Shown: positions 49,725 to 59,667, counted from the stretch's first letter. The stretch: DNA of 64,000 bases from an uncultured Candidatus Saccharibacteria bacterium (GCA_964483315.1 CAZAAL010000001.1:122850-186849); one strand, 5' to 3'. Program-made: numbers and translations. The notes: generated by a model from the letters alone, not told the origin.

Positions 49725-51569
49725 GTGACAATGGGTAATAAAAAAGAGGATAAAGCGTCCGAGGATATTAATCCAGCAACCGAAAGTAATGAAGTGGTTT
49801 TAGAGGGTGTATCGAGTGAGGCACAAGCAAGCAAACCTGGCATTAAGGCAAAACTCCACAATTTTAAAAACTGGTACTTAACTCATAAAAAAATAGCGAT
49901 TCCTCTTACAGTTGTGGCGTTACTTTTATTATTAATGCTTGTTCCGTATACTCGATACAAAATCTTAGGACTGTTCATCCAAAAAGACGTAACTGTTTTT
50001 GTAACCGACAGTAAATCAGATTCGGTTGTTAGTGACGCTGACGTTAGTATTGGCTCAGTTAGTTCCAAGACCAACGGTAAAGGGTTGGCTGAGCTAAAGA
50101 ATGTTCCTGTTGGACAATATACACTAAAAGTTACAAAAAAATATTATAATGATAGCCAACAAAATATTACTGTAACAACAGCCGAGAATCAGGCTTTCAA
50201 AGTAAAATTAGAGGCAACAGGTAGGCAGGTTAGTGTAAAGGTAAGCAATAGCATTAGCCAAAAAAGTGTTGAGGGGATTAGTATAAAAGCGGGTGAAGCT
50301 GAGGCTAAGACCGACGATAAGGGGGAGGCTGTATTAGTTTTGCCGGTAGGTACAACTAAAGTGAATGCTGAACTTTCTGGTGAAGGATATGTTGCTAAAA
50401 AAATTGAAATCGAAGCGAGTGATACTGAGATAAAACAAAATGATGAAACGGTTACTCCGGCAGGCAAGATCTACTTTTTATCCAAGGCGAGTGGCAAAAT
50501 CGATGTCGTAAAAACTAACCTAGACGGAACTGACAGAAAGGTAGTGTTAGCCGGGACGGGCAAGGAAGAGGAGTATGGCACAGTATTACTTGCTAGCCGT
50601 GACTGGAAATATTTAGCCTTGCATTCAAAACGGGACGACAAACCGGCCAAACTATACTTAATCGAGACTAATGGCGATAAGTTAACCACAATGGACGAAG
50701 GCGATGCTAGCTTTGATTTAGTTGGTTGGAGCAACGATAAATTTGTCTACAAGGTTACCCGAAATGCTCCAAAGCAGTGGGAGTCAAAAAAGTATGCCCT
50801 TAAAAGCTACGATGCACCTGCTAAAAAAATAAACTTGATTGATGAGTCTCAGGCAATAAAAAAAGATTATACCTATACTGATCCCGAAACAAACACAACT
50901 TTTGTATCTGGCTCAAGTTATGCATGGCAGATTTTTGGGAGTGTTTATATCATCGACTCAAAGCTTATTTATGAAAAAGACTGGTCGCCTGACAGTTTTT
51001 ATTCAGATGTTATAAACGATAAAAAAGACGAAGTTCTGCAAGTATCGGATACTGGTGGTGGTAAAAAACTATTAAAGGATTTCCAAAACATAAGTGGTCA
51101 AGTTAGTTACTTGCAATCATTTTTATATGAGCCTCGTGAAATCTATTACAAAGCTAGCTATAGCGGTGCCGAAAAATACTATGAATATACATCGGATGGT
51201 CAGTTTAAGGAGGACTCTGGTATAAAGAATGATTTTGAAAAATACTATGGCCCGACTGGTTACTACAAGACATACTTGTTATCGCCTTCTGCTAAACAGA
51301 CTTTCTGGTCCGAAGATCGGGATGGCAAACGTGTTTTGTTTACAGGCAATCAAGATGCTGAGGGCGAAAAACAGGTGGCAGTTGTATCGGATGGCCAAAC
51401 CTACGGCTGGTTTACAGATGATTATTTACTAGTTAGTAAAAAGTCTAGCGAACTTTATATTATGCCTCAAACAGGTATATCCAACGAATCCCAACTTGTT
51501 AAAATAAGTGATTATCACAGACCAGCATATCAGTACTATGGCTATGGTGGTGGCTACGGCGGACTTTAA
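49725..51569 (+). CDS. Membrane-anchored protein: carboxypeptidase-regulatory-like Ig domains plus a TolB-like propeller
   Basis: TM; T...G.A.L repeats; YFLS..SGKIDV.K.N.DG....VLAGTG.E. Confidence 0.7.
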   Translation: MTMGNKKEDKASEDINPATESNEVVLEGVSSEAQASKPGIKAKLHNFKNWYLTHKKIAIPLTVVALLLLLMLVPYTRYKILGLFIQKDVTVFVTDSKSDSVVSDADVSIGSVSSKTNGKGLAELKNVPVGQYTLKVTKKYYNDSQQNITVTTAENQAFKVKLEATGRQVSVKVSNSISQKSVEGISIKAGEAEAKTDDKGEAVLVLPVGTTKVNAELSGEGYVAKKIEIEASDTEIKQNDETVTPAGKIYFLSKASGKIDVVKTNLDGTDRKVVLAGTGKEEEYGTVLLASRDWKYLALHSKRDDKPAKLYLIETNGDKLTTMDEGDASFDLVGWSNDKFVYKVTRNAPKQWESKKYALKSYDAPAKKINLIDESQAIKKDYTYTDPETNTTFVSGSSYAWQIFGSVYIIDSKLIYEKDWSPDSFYSDVINDKKDEVLQVSDTGGGKKLLKDFQNISGQVSYLQSFLYEPREIYYKASYSGAEKYYEYTSDGQFKEDSGIKNDFEKYYGPTGYYKTYLLSPSAKQTFWSEDRDGKRVLFTGNQDAEGEKQVAVVSDGQTYGWFTDDYLLVSKKSSELYIMPQTGISNESQLVKISDYHRPAYQYYGYGGGYGGL

Positions 51570-51599
51570 TACTAACCACATAAATTAACTCAGACAGCT

Positions 51600-51637
51600 A
51601 TCTACATAATTACACCATATGGTGTAATTATGTAGAT
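51600..51637. repeat. Perfect 38-bp palindrome
   Basis: ATCTACATAATTACACCAT|ATGGTGTAATTATGTAGAT between convergent genes. Confidence 0.9.
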
Positions 51638-51679
51638 GATTTAAGGAGTTATTTTTAGTTAATTTATAAAAAAGTCAAA

Positions 51680-52300
51680 TTATTTGTTAGCTAGGGATTT
51701 CCAGATGTACCAGCTGGCTACCGATTCGTATGGCGACCAACCATTCTTTTTAGCGATTTTTTGCATAACTAAAGCATCTGGTAAAGCTTTTAAGTTGTAT
51801 AAGTGCATAATACCTTTTTTAATTCCCAAATCGCCTACCGGTAAAATGTCGAGCCTACCAACACTAAAAATCATAAACATATCAGCACTCCATTGACCAA
51901 TGCCTTTAACTGAGGTTAGCTGTTGGCTAAGCTCAGAGTTAGGTAAAGTGGCTATATGAGCCATATCCAGACGGCCATCAATGATGTGTTGAGCCAGGTC
52001 TTTCATATAATTTATTTTTTGATAACTAACCCCGCAAGCCCTTATTTTATCGTTGTCAGCAATAAGTAGTTGCTGAGGCGATGGAACTTGGCCATTAAAC
52101 AAATCAATCACTCGTTGCCAAATGGTTGAGGCAGCTTTTGTTGATAACTGTTGGCTTACGATACTACTTACAAGCTCACCGTAATAATCTTTGTGTGGCT
52201 TAATCGTACAGTCGCCATATTTTTTTATGACTGATCCGAGGATTGGATCATTTTTTTCAAGATGATTTTGTGCAATTTTAATTTTAGCTTTAAAGTTCAC
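51680..52300 (-). CDS. alkA: DNA-3-methyladenine glycosylase II (HhH-GPD)
   Basis: IVSQQLS.KAA..I, VKGIG.WSADM, LPVGDLG, W.PY.S.A..Y.W. Confidence 0.88.
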   Translation of the reverse strand: MNFKAKIKIAQNHLEKNDPILGSVIKKYGDCTIKPHKDYYGELVSSIVSQQLSTKAASTIWQRVIDLFNGQVPSPQQLLIADNDKIRACGVSYQKINYMKDLAQHIIDGRLDMAHIATLPNSELSQQLTSVKGIGQWSADMFMIFSVGRLDILPVGDLGIKKGIMHLYNLKALPDALVMQKIAKKNGWSPYESVASWYIWKSLANK

Positions 52301-52373
52301 AAGTTCAGTATAACTGCCAATCTGTTAATCCAAAATGTTTATGCTATGATTAAGCAAAGAATACTCAGTAAAA

Positions 52374-54341
52374 ATGGCAAAGATTATTGTAAAAAACCAT
52401 GATGATGAAGAAACCGACAAACTCAGTGTCGAAGAATTAAATGCGCGCCTGAAAGATTCTATAAAAACTGAACCAGATGAAATAACAGAAGAAGAAATTG
52501 AAGATGAGCTAAAACAAAACCTAGAAGACCCTGCTGATGATGAGCAGTGGCTAAACGAGTTTGGCGATGAGCCAGATGAGAAAGATGCTCCCAGCGAACC
52601 TGACAATCCAGAAGATACAAAAGTTGATGAGCAAGAGCTTGATGACGCCGAGCTAAGTCAGGCAGTTGAGGACATAGAAAAAACCGATAGTAACGAACTG
52701 CTGCAAAAACAAGACGAAGAAATTGCAGGGCAAGAGGCAGTATCAACACCAAAAGGGTTAAGGGCTAAAATCAGCCACTATTTTAAAAGCTGGTGGAATA
52801 ACAAACGTCTGCGTAATCTAACCTTTTTAGGTATTGGGATTTTTGTTTTGGCGATAATGCTAATACCTACTACTCGTTACTTTATCTTGAATGCATTTGG
52901 AGTAAGAGCAACATCATCACTTACAGTACTAGACTTAACTACCAGTCAGCCATTAAAAAACGTAACAGTTGAGCTCGCTGGACAATCTGCTCAAACAGGC
53001 AGTGATGGAAAAGCTTATCTGAGCAACTTAAAACTTGGCCCAACCCAACTTTATATTCATAAAACTGCCTTTGCTGATGTTACCCAGGACATGACGATTG
53101 GTTTGGGCTCTAACCCTTTAGGAGAATTTAAACTTAAAGCAACAGGGGCTCAGTATAGCTTTGTTGTAACTGATTGGCTTAGCGGGCAACCCATCGAAAA
53201 GGTTGAAGCAAGCTCCGGTGATGCTAGTGCGGTATCTGATAAGGACGGAAAAGTTGTATTGACTGTACCTAACCCAGAATCCGAAACAGTCGAAGTCCAA
53301 ATATCTTACAATAACTACCGAACCGAAAAAGTAAAAATCAACGCGGATGATAAATCTGTCCAAAAAATATCGATTGTGCCTGCCAGAAAACACATATTTG
53401 TGAGCAATAGAACAGGTAAATTTGATGTATATAAAATTGATGTTGATGGTAAGAACGAACAAGTTTTGTTGGCTGGAACAGGCAGCGAGCGCGATGACAT
53501 GGTTTTAATGCCACAATACGATGGTGGGGTAGTCGCACTTGTATCTACACGAGAAAATATTCGCAACAAAGATGGGTATCTGATGAGTGGACTTTACATG
53601 GTAGATGTAAAAACTGGCACAACCAAAAAAGTAGTTAGTTCAGAACGTATTCAGCCGATTCAGTGGATAGGCAAGCGTTTAATCTATGTAACAATCGCCG
53701 AAGGCGCAAGTGCCGAAAACCCAAAACGTCACAGACTGATGACCTATAATCTAGACGAAAATACCAACAAAGAGATATCAGCAACAAATTACTTTAATGA
53801 TGTTATGGTAGCGGCTGGTAGGGTTTACTATGCACCAAGCAACGCATACAATATCAATCCAGCCAACGCTCGATTATTTGTGGTTAATGCTGATGGTGGC
53901 AATAAGCAGACCATCTTAGGGCAAGAAGTTTGGAATATATTTAGATCAAGCTATGAAAAATTATCACTTGCCACGTCTACTGATTGGTATAGCTATAAAC
54001 TAGGTGATTCAACTGCTGTAAAACTAGGCGGTCCACCATCTAATCAAACTAGCCGACTTTATGTTGATAATAATGATTTTACAAAGTCAGTATGGAGCGA
54101 AGAACGTGACGGAAAAGGCACTTTGCTAGAGTATGATATTAAATCAACCAAGGATAAATTACTAAAATCTCAAGCGGGCATTAAAGCCCCATATTATTGG
54201 TTAAGTCCGAGCTATATTGTTTATAGACTCAATAGTGACACCGAAACAGCTGATTATGTAATTAGTACGCAGGGTGGTGAAGCTAAAAAAATTAAAGATG
54301 TGTCTAATATCGGTGGCATAGATCGTTGGTACTACTATTAA
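52374..54341 (+). CDS. Paralogue of the ORF at 49725 with an acidic N-terminus
   Basis: P.TRY..L, FVS.RTGKFDVYK...DG....LLAGTG.E, WSEERDGK. Confidence 0.7.
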   Translation: MAKIIVKNHDDEETDKLSVEELNARLKDSIKTEPDEITEEEIEDELKQNLEDPADDEQWLNEFGDEPDEKDAPSEPDNPEDTKVDEQELDDAELSQAVEDIEKTDSNELLQKQDEEIAGQEAVSTPKGLRAKISHYFKSWWNNKRLRNLTFLGIGIFVLAIMLIPTTRYFILNAFGVRATSSLTVLDLTTSQPLKNVTVELAGQSAQTGSDGKAYLSNLKLGPTQLYIHKTAFADVTQDMTIGLGSNPLGEFKLKATGAQYSFVVTDWLSGQPIEKVEASSGDASAVSDKDGKVVLTVPNPESETVEVQISYNNYRTEKVKINADDKSVQKISIVPARKHIFVSNRTGKFDVYKIDVDGKNEQVLLAGTGSERDDMVLMPQYDGGVVALVSTRENIRNKDGYLMSGLYMVDVKTGTTKKVVSSERIQPIQWIGKRLIYVTIAEGASAENPKRHRLMTYNLDENTNKEISATNYFNDVMVAAGRVYYAPSNAYNINPANARLFVVNADGGNKQTILGQEVWNIFRSSYEKLSLATSTDWYSYKLGDSTAVKLGGPPSNQTSRLYVDNNDFTKSVWSEERDGKGTLLEYDIKSTKDKLLKSQAGIKAPYYWLSPSYIVYRLNSDTETADYVISTQGGEAKKIKDVSNIGGIDRWYYY

Positions 54342-54350
54342 CGCTTTGCT

Positions 54351-54440
54351 TATGAGAAAAACCTAGGTTTTTCTCATCGGACCTGACGTAATAAATCCGT
54401 CTTTCAGCCTTTGGCTGAAACCGGTCCTGCTCTTTTCCTA
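54351..54440. repeat. Single structured repeat unit (homologue of 38877-38965)
   Basis: TATGAGAAAAACCTAGGTTTTTCTCATCGG...CCTGCTCTTTTCCTA. Confidence 0.8.
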
Positions 54441-54522
54441 AAAATTACTTAAGCTGAGGTTTATTTGAGATTACGCTTATGCTACAATTCTCTAGTAGAA
54501 AATCAATCAAAAGAGGGGAAGC

Positions 54523-55167
54523 ATGTTAATTAAATCTTTACTCGCAATTGCTATATTTGCACTAAGCTTTAATGCTGTTGGTGTTATAGCCCTTGCTCAA
54601 ACTGGTGGTAATACAACCACTCAACCAACTACTACAGATGTTAAATCAACCGATAAAAATTTGTCACAAAGGATTGCTGAGCGCAAAGCAGCTTTAAAAA
54701 CGACTTTAGACGCAGCTGCACAAACTAGAATCAAGGCAAAGTGCGCAGCCGCTCAAAAATTAGTTACAGCGTCAAAAACTAGATCCGATAAAGCCATCCA
54801 AAATCGTCAAAAAGCCTATGAATCAATCAGCGCTAGAATGGCGAATCTGCTAACCGTTTTAGAAAAAAATAATGTAGACACTACCACCATTAAAGACCTA
54901 CAAGCACAGGTTAAAACAGCAGTTGAGAAGCTAAAAACCGACGTCAATACCTATAACCAGACTTTAACAGACTTGTCAGCGATGGACTGCACAGCTGATC
55001 CAACTGGCTTTAAGGCTTTACTTGATACAGCACGGACACAACGACAGCAAGTTGCTAAAGATGCTGCAGCCCTTAGAACACTAACAGGCAAAATTACTGC
55101 AGAGTTGGCTAAGATTAAAGGTCAAAATGCTACTACAAATACAAATTCAACAGGTGGAGGTAACTAA
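54523..55167 (+). CDS. Secreted coiled-coil protein
   Basis: Signal peptide; helical; DC.ADP.GFKA.L..AR. Confidence 0.7.
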   Translation: MLIKSLLAIAIFALSFNAVGVIALAQTGGNTTTQPTTTDVKSTDKNLSQRIAERKAALKTTLDAAAQTRIKAKCAAAQKLVTASKTRSDKAIQNRQKAYESISARMANLLTVLEKNNVDTTTIKDLQAQVKTAVEKLKTDVNTYNQTLTDLSAMDCTADPTGFKALLDTARTQRQQVAKDAAALRTLTGKITAELAKIKGQNATTNTNSTGGGN

Positions 55168-55169
55168 AA

Positions 55170-55742
55170 ATGGATATATTGGGTAGGCATCCACATCAAA
55201 ACAACAATAGTACAGATGGAGTTTCACCTCCGCCAAGGCCACAAGGATATAGCGATCCGTCAAGCCGAGCAAATATGGATGGGTTTACGCCTGCTCCTCA
55301 GCCAGCGCCTCAGCCAGTTCAGCCAACTCAACCTCAACCTGCGCCTGTGCCCCAAAACCATAGTGGTCATCAGCAAGGTTCGACTGATTTTCAGCAACCG
55401 AGCCAACCGTTAAACGAAGCTCCACAGCCTCAACCTCAAGTCTTAGAGCCAACGCATGAACATCATCGTTCATCAAAACCTGTTATTCTTGCGATAATTA
55501 CTTTATTAATTGCTTCAGGCTTAGCAGTCGCGGTGTTCTTTGCCTTTAGGCCAGAGACCGAAATAAAATCCAACAAGGTTAATGTGCCAACCAGTTCAAA
55601 AACCAATACCAGCAGTTCGACCACCAATACTGCCGATGAAGTAGATTCGGCAACTAGCGACATCAACAAACAAGTCGAGGGACTAAATGATGCTCAGGAC
55701 TTTGCAGATACCGAACTAAGCGATCAATCGCTCGGACTGTAA
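55170..55742 (+). CDS. Pro/Gln-rich single-TM protein
   Basis: Low-complexity N-terminus, TM, acidic C-terminal helix. Confidence 0.65.
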   Translation: MDILGRHPHQNNNSTDGVSPPPRPQGYSDPSSRANMDGFTPAPQPAPQPVQPTQPQPAPVPQNHSGHQQGSTDFQQPSQPLNEAPQPQPQVLEPTHEHHRSSKPVILAIITLLIASGLAVAVFFAFRPETEIKSNKVNVPTSSKTNTSSSTTNTADEVDSATSDINKQVEGLNDAQDFADTELSDQSLGL

Positions 55743-55745
55743 TTC

Positions 55746-56600
55746 TTACATTTTAATCTTTGCTTTATCAAAATCTTTTTTAAGTTGAGTTAAAAACTCG
55801 CTCTTAATTTGTTTTTGGCTACTAATTGAGACTTTTCCAAGAATTTTTACGGTTATACCGTCACTACCGATTGCCGAAACACGTTCAAAGGCTGGTGGCT
55901 CAGAAATTTTATGAGCAAATTCAGGGATGTCTGCAACTTTTTTGCCTGCTGCGTTGATGACTTGTTCAAGTAATTTAATATCTGTATCAGCCTTTACTTT
56001 AATTTCTTCGTGGATTCTGCCATAGTCCATAGTTCGATTGGTAGTCAAGGTAATGCTACCATTTGGGATATGGTGGACATAGCCGTTCAAATCTCTGAGC
56101 ACAGTCGTTCTTATGGTGATGTTTTCGACCTTTCCGCTTACGTTGTTAATTGTAACGATATCACCTACGCGGTATTGATTTTCAAAAATAATGAACATCC
56201 CATTTGTAAAATCCTTTATTAAGCTTTGTGCGCCAAAGGCTAAACCAAACCCAATGATGCCAGCGCTAGCAAATAAAGTAGCTGCATAGCTTGGCTTAAG
56301 TTCGCTAATTATAAGGATAATAGCAATCGTCCACGTGCCGACCGTAAATACTGCACGTATGATGCTTGAAAGAGTCTTTAGGCGTTTTTTTCTGTCTGTC
56401 TCGGTAGGATAAAGATCTGCTCGCACAGTGCCCTTAATTACTTTCATCACGAACGGTGGGCCCATTTTTCGTACAACCCAAGCTATAAATAGTATGAGCG
56501 CTATGTTGATTAGATGAGCTTCTAGCCAGACGGTTAAATTGTCATAATAATTGCGATATAGTGGCTCAGTTTCGGCTTGGGCAAATAAAAACATAACCAT
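55746..56600 (-). CDS. mscS: Small-conductance mechanosensitive channel
   Basis: GLAFGAQSLIKD, GDIV.I....GKVE.I.IRTT, IPNG. Confidence 0.9.
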   Translation of the reverse strand: MVMFLFAQAETEPLYRNYYDNLTVWLEAHLINIALILFIAWVVRKMGPPFVMKVIKGTVRADLYPTETDRKKRLKTLSSIIRAVFTVGTWTIAIILIISELKPSYAATLFASAGIIGFGLAFGAQSLIKDFTNGMFIIFENQYRVGDIVTINNVSGKVENITIRTTVLRDLNGYVHHIPNGSITLTTNRTMDYGRIHEEIKVKADTDIKLLEQVINAAGKKVADIPEFAHKISEPPAFERVSAIGSDGITVKILGKVSISSQKQIKSEFLTQLKKDFDKAKIKM

Positions 56601-56623
56601 TTAAGTATAACCTAAAAACTTCT

Positions 56624-57931
56624 CTATTGTTTATGGCTGAACTTGGATCTAACCCATTCGTCTAAGCTGTCGCCACCACCCCCGCTTAAACAAACCACCA
56701 GATCATTATTAGCTAAGTGTTTGGCGATATTATTTTGGAGTTGATCATCCAAACTAGCTGGCTCAGCAATTAATTTTAACTTAGGATTAAGTTCGTCAAT
56801 CAACTCGCTTGGGCTAAGAATTTTTTGATTTGGATCTTCACGAGCTAGATGACTTGGGACCCAGTATATTTTATTGGCTCCTTCAAATACATCCTTATGC
56901 AGATGTTTCATGTAATGCATTCGTCGGTTGGTCAAAGGCTCATAAACTATTACAAGTTTTTGGTTAGGTAATAGCGATTCTTTTGCGACGCTCATAACAC
57001 CCTGAATTTTTTCAGGAGTGTGAGCATAGTCGCTGTATAGATTTTGTGTAATTTTTTCGAACCTTCTAGACAATCCAGGAAAGTTACTTAACACGTTAAC
57101 TAATTTATCAATTGGTATGTCTAAAATATTACTCATTGAAGTCGCCACCAAAAACGCATCTCGCCTGTTAAACCGACCCTTTAGATTAATTAAGTTAATT
57201 CTAGGATCAGATGGATCAAGGACGATAGATTTATCATCAGGATCAAAATTTAAATATTGCTTATCTTCTTGCCAGACAACTTTAAAATGGCTTTGATCTA
57301 AAAATTGTAAAAAAGCTTGATTATAATTATCTTTGGTTGGGAATATTTCATGATGGTCCCAGCTGACCCCAGTTATCATTGATACATATGGTGTAAATGC
57401 TAAAAAGTTTCTATCAAACTCATCACACTCATAAACAAAGTACTGACTTTTTGGATCAAAGTGTCCCATATCTCCAAAACCTAGCTTTGCACCTACGGAA
57501 TAGCTGATTGACAGGTTAAGTTTTTTAAACGCCCATATAGCCATGGCTGTTGTTGTGGTTTTACCATGAGTGCCCGCAATGGCAAGCATTTTTAAGTTTT
57601 TTTCTTCAAGAATTTGATTTAATAACTCATCACGTTTAGACATTTTAATGTTATTTTGTCGGCAAAAAACTAGTTCGGGATGGTTAGGGTTTTCTTTTTC
57701 AACTGCTGAACTATACACATACCAATCAATTGATTTTTGTTGGTGATAATTTTTAATAAACTCATCTGTTGTTCCGATCCCAATATTTTCGATGCCAGCC
57801 TTACGGAGTAAGTTCAAATATGGGCTACTGTCTTTTTTATCGGTGCCACTTACGTCGTATCCAGCTTGTTTGGCGATTAGCGCTAAGGGGCTGATTCCGC
57901 CACCGCCAATGTATGAAAAGAAAATATGCAT
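56624..57931 (-). CDS. murC: UDP-N-acetylmuramate-L-alanine ligase (MurC/Mpl type)
   Basis: IGGGGIS.LA, YSSAV, AGTHGKTTTT, ECDEFD, DYAHTP. Confidence 0.85.
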   Translation of the reverse strand: MHIFFSYIGGGGISPLALIAKQAGYDVSGTDKKDSSPYLNLLRKAGIENIGIGTTDEFIKNYHQQKSIDWYVYSSAVEKENPNHPELVFCRQNNIKMSKRDELLNQILEEKNLKMLAIAGTHGKTTTTAMAIWAFKKLNLSISYSVGAKLGFGDMGHFDPKSQYFVYECDEFDRNFLAFTPYVSMITGVSWDHHEIFPTKDNYNQAFLQFLDQSHFKVVWQEDKQYLNFDPDDKSIVLDPSDPRINLINLKGRFNRRDAFLVATSMSNILDIPIDKLVNVLSNFPGLSRRFEKITQNLYSDYAHTPEKIQGVMSVAKESLLPNQKLVIVYEPLTNRRMHYMKHLHKDVFEGANKIYWVPSHLAREDPNQKILSPSELIDELNPKLKLIAEPASLDDQLQNNIAKHLANNDLVVCLSGGGGDSLDEWVRSKFSHKQ

Positions 57932-57999
57932 ACAAATAGTTTAACTGATTTTCGAGTAAAAGATGGTCAATAAACTGCTAAAGCTTTATAGTTTTATAT

Positions 58000-58611
58000 A
58001 TGCATAAACGCAGATTGCATCACTACTGGCATATGCTTCGAGGATCTAACTATTGGGTATTTTTCGTAATTTTTGTAATAAGCGGTCTGATATCGATTTA
58101 CGCACTCAGACAAAATAACCTAACAATGCTTAGGCTAAGAGAAGCTGTTTATGTTGCAGATAAAAATAACGGGGATACTGAATCTGCACTTAAGGATCTA
58201 CGCGTATACATTTACTCTCATATGAATACCAGCCCATCTAGTGGCGGTATTGCCATAAAGCCTCCTATTCAACTCAAATATACATATGAACGGCTTGTGT
58301 TGGCCGAAAAGGCTCGTGTAGCTGCTGCCAACACTAAAATTTATAGTAATGCCCAAAGTTATTGCGAATCACAAATAGATTCTTTTAGTGGTCGGAGCAG
58401 GGTGCCGTGTATCGAAGATTATGTGGCCAAAAACGGTGTAAATGAAAAACCAATTGAGGATAGCCTATACAAATTCGATTTTGTTAGCCCAAAATGGTCA
58501 GCAGATGTAGCCGGTATTAGCTTATTGGTCTCAATAGTAAGTTTGGTAGTATTTGCAGTATTATTTTTGTTAGATAAATGGGCTAGGTGGGAGTTAAGTC
58601 GTCATCAATAA
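58000..58611 (+). CDS. Two-TM hypothetical protein
   Basis: ALRQNNLTM..LR..V..AD, HMN, PIQL...Y, SP.WS.D.AG. Confidence 0.7.
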   Translation: MHKRRLHHYWHMLRGSNYWVFFVIFVISGLISIYALRQNNLTMLRLREAVYVADKNNGDTESALKDLRVYIYSHMNTSPSSGGIAIKPPIQLKYTYERLVLAEKARVAAANTKIYSNAQSYCESQIDSFSGRSRVPCIEDYVAKNGVNEKPIEDSLYKFDFVSPKWSADVAGISLLVSIVSLVVFAVLFLLDKWARWELSRHQ

Positions 58612-58640
58612 AAAACCACCCACACGAGGGTGGGTGGTTT
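58611..58640. terminator. Bidirectional intrinsic terminator
   Basis: AAAAACCACCCAC...GTGGGTGGTTT between convergent genes. Confidence 0.75.
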
Positions 58641-58658
58641 AACTAGTTTAAGCTTAAA

Positions 58659-59282
58659 CTAGTTTCCTGAATTATTGTTCTTGTTGGTGTTGGTATTCGT
58701 ATTGGTGTTAGTGTTGTTTGATTCGGTTGATTGGTTCGCTGCATCTGGATTTTCGTTGTATTTGTTGATAGCTTCAACGACTTTACCGTCGTTCTTAATG
58801 TTCTCCCAGAAAGTAACTTGTGAAGTGTTGATTACCATAGTGTCGTCTGGACTATGCAACTCGCCTTTGCCAAGTTTTTGTAGTACCAAGTTGTTATTGT
58901 TGTTGCTAGATTGACCAGGTTGTACATTACTTGTTTGATTTACCTGAAGGTAAAAAACATCATCCAAAAGCATGTAATCATTGTTCAATTTTGTAATTTT
59001 ACCAAAATATACCTGGTTGTTATTTAAGAACACGGCTTGATAACGGCTTTCATCTACATATTTAGCTTGACCTGTATTCCGGCCATTGCCAGTAAAGAGT
59101 GAAACTATTAGTAACACTAAAATTATACCGACTCCGCCAACTAGAACTAAAAACAAATAGCGAGATAAGCTAGATTCGCCACGTTTCTTACCACGATGTC
59201 CACCTGTGTCGCCATTTAATGTTGTGCCTGATGCTGTTTGTGGTGCGGGGGTTTGACCTCGTCCGCGAGACATAAATTCCAT
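58659..59282 (-). CDS. Single-TM hypothetical protein
   Basis: YQAVFL.N.QVYFGK...DVFYLQ...KLG..ELH.P...V.FWEN. Confidence 0.75.
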   Translation of the reverse strand: MEFMSRGRGQTPAPQTASGTTLNGDTGGHRGKKRGESSLSRYLFLVLVGGVGIILVLLIVSLFTGNGRNTGQAKYVDESRYQAVFLNNNQVYFGKITKLNNDYMLLDDVFYLQVNQTSNVQPGQSSNNNNNLVLQKLGKGELHSPDDTMVINTSQVTFWENIKNDGKVVEAINKYNENPDAANQSTESNNTNTNTNTNTNKNNNSGN

Positions 59283-59382
59283 ATAGTGTTTCCACCCTCT
59301 CCTTATCTTTATATACCATGTATATTACGACATAAGCGTTTTGGCTTCAAGCACATTTTAAGGTTAAAAAATTAAAAAGGTG

Positions 59383-59412
59383 TTGACAATCGAATTCTCA
59401 AAGGAGTATGTT
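59383..59412 (+). promoter_or_regulatory. Sigma70-type promoter
   Basis: TTGACA-18 bp-TATGTT. Confidence 0.5.
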
Positions 59413-59450
59413 AGGAGTACTATTAATAACCTAACAGAGAGGGACAAGGG

Positions 59451-59651
59451 ATGGCTTACAAGCACACTAATAGTAAAGGCGTAACTTACTACTTAAATTC
59501 AAAAGAGGTAACTCTACGCGGTGGTAAAAAGCAAACTATTTATTACTTTTCTAAAGACGATCGACCAGAAACTGGTTGCGAATTGCCAGCAGGCATGAGT
59601 GTTAACGAAAATCCACGAAACGGATTTTTAACTGTAAAGCGCGACAAATAG
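59451..59651 (+). CDS. Small basic protein (66 aa)
   Basis: Own promoter, GAGGG RBS and terminator; MAYKHTNSKGVTYYL...IYYFSK...LP.G..V.EN.RNG. Confidence 0.8.
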   Translation: MAYKHTNSKGVTYYLNSKEVTLRGGKKQTIYYFSKDDRPETGCELPAGMSVNENPRNGFLTVKRDK

Positions 59652-59667
59652 TTTTACTTTCGTTAAT

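Noticed and set aside
58670-58725. GTGTTG/GTATT short repeats
   Set aside because: They encode the Asn/Thr-rich protein tail; not an independent element
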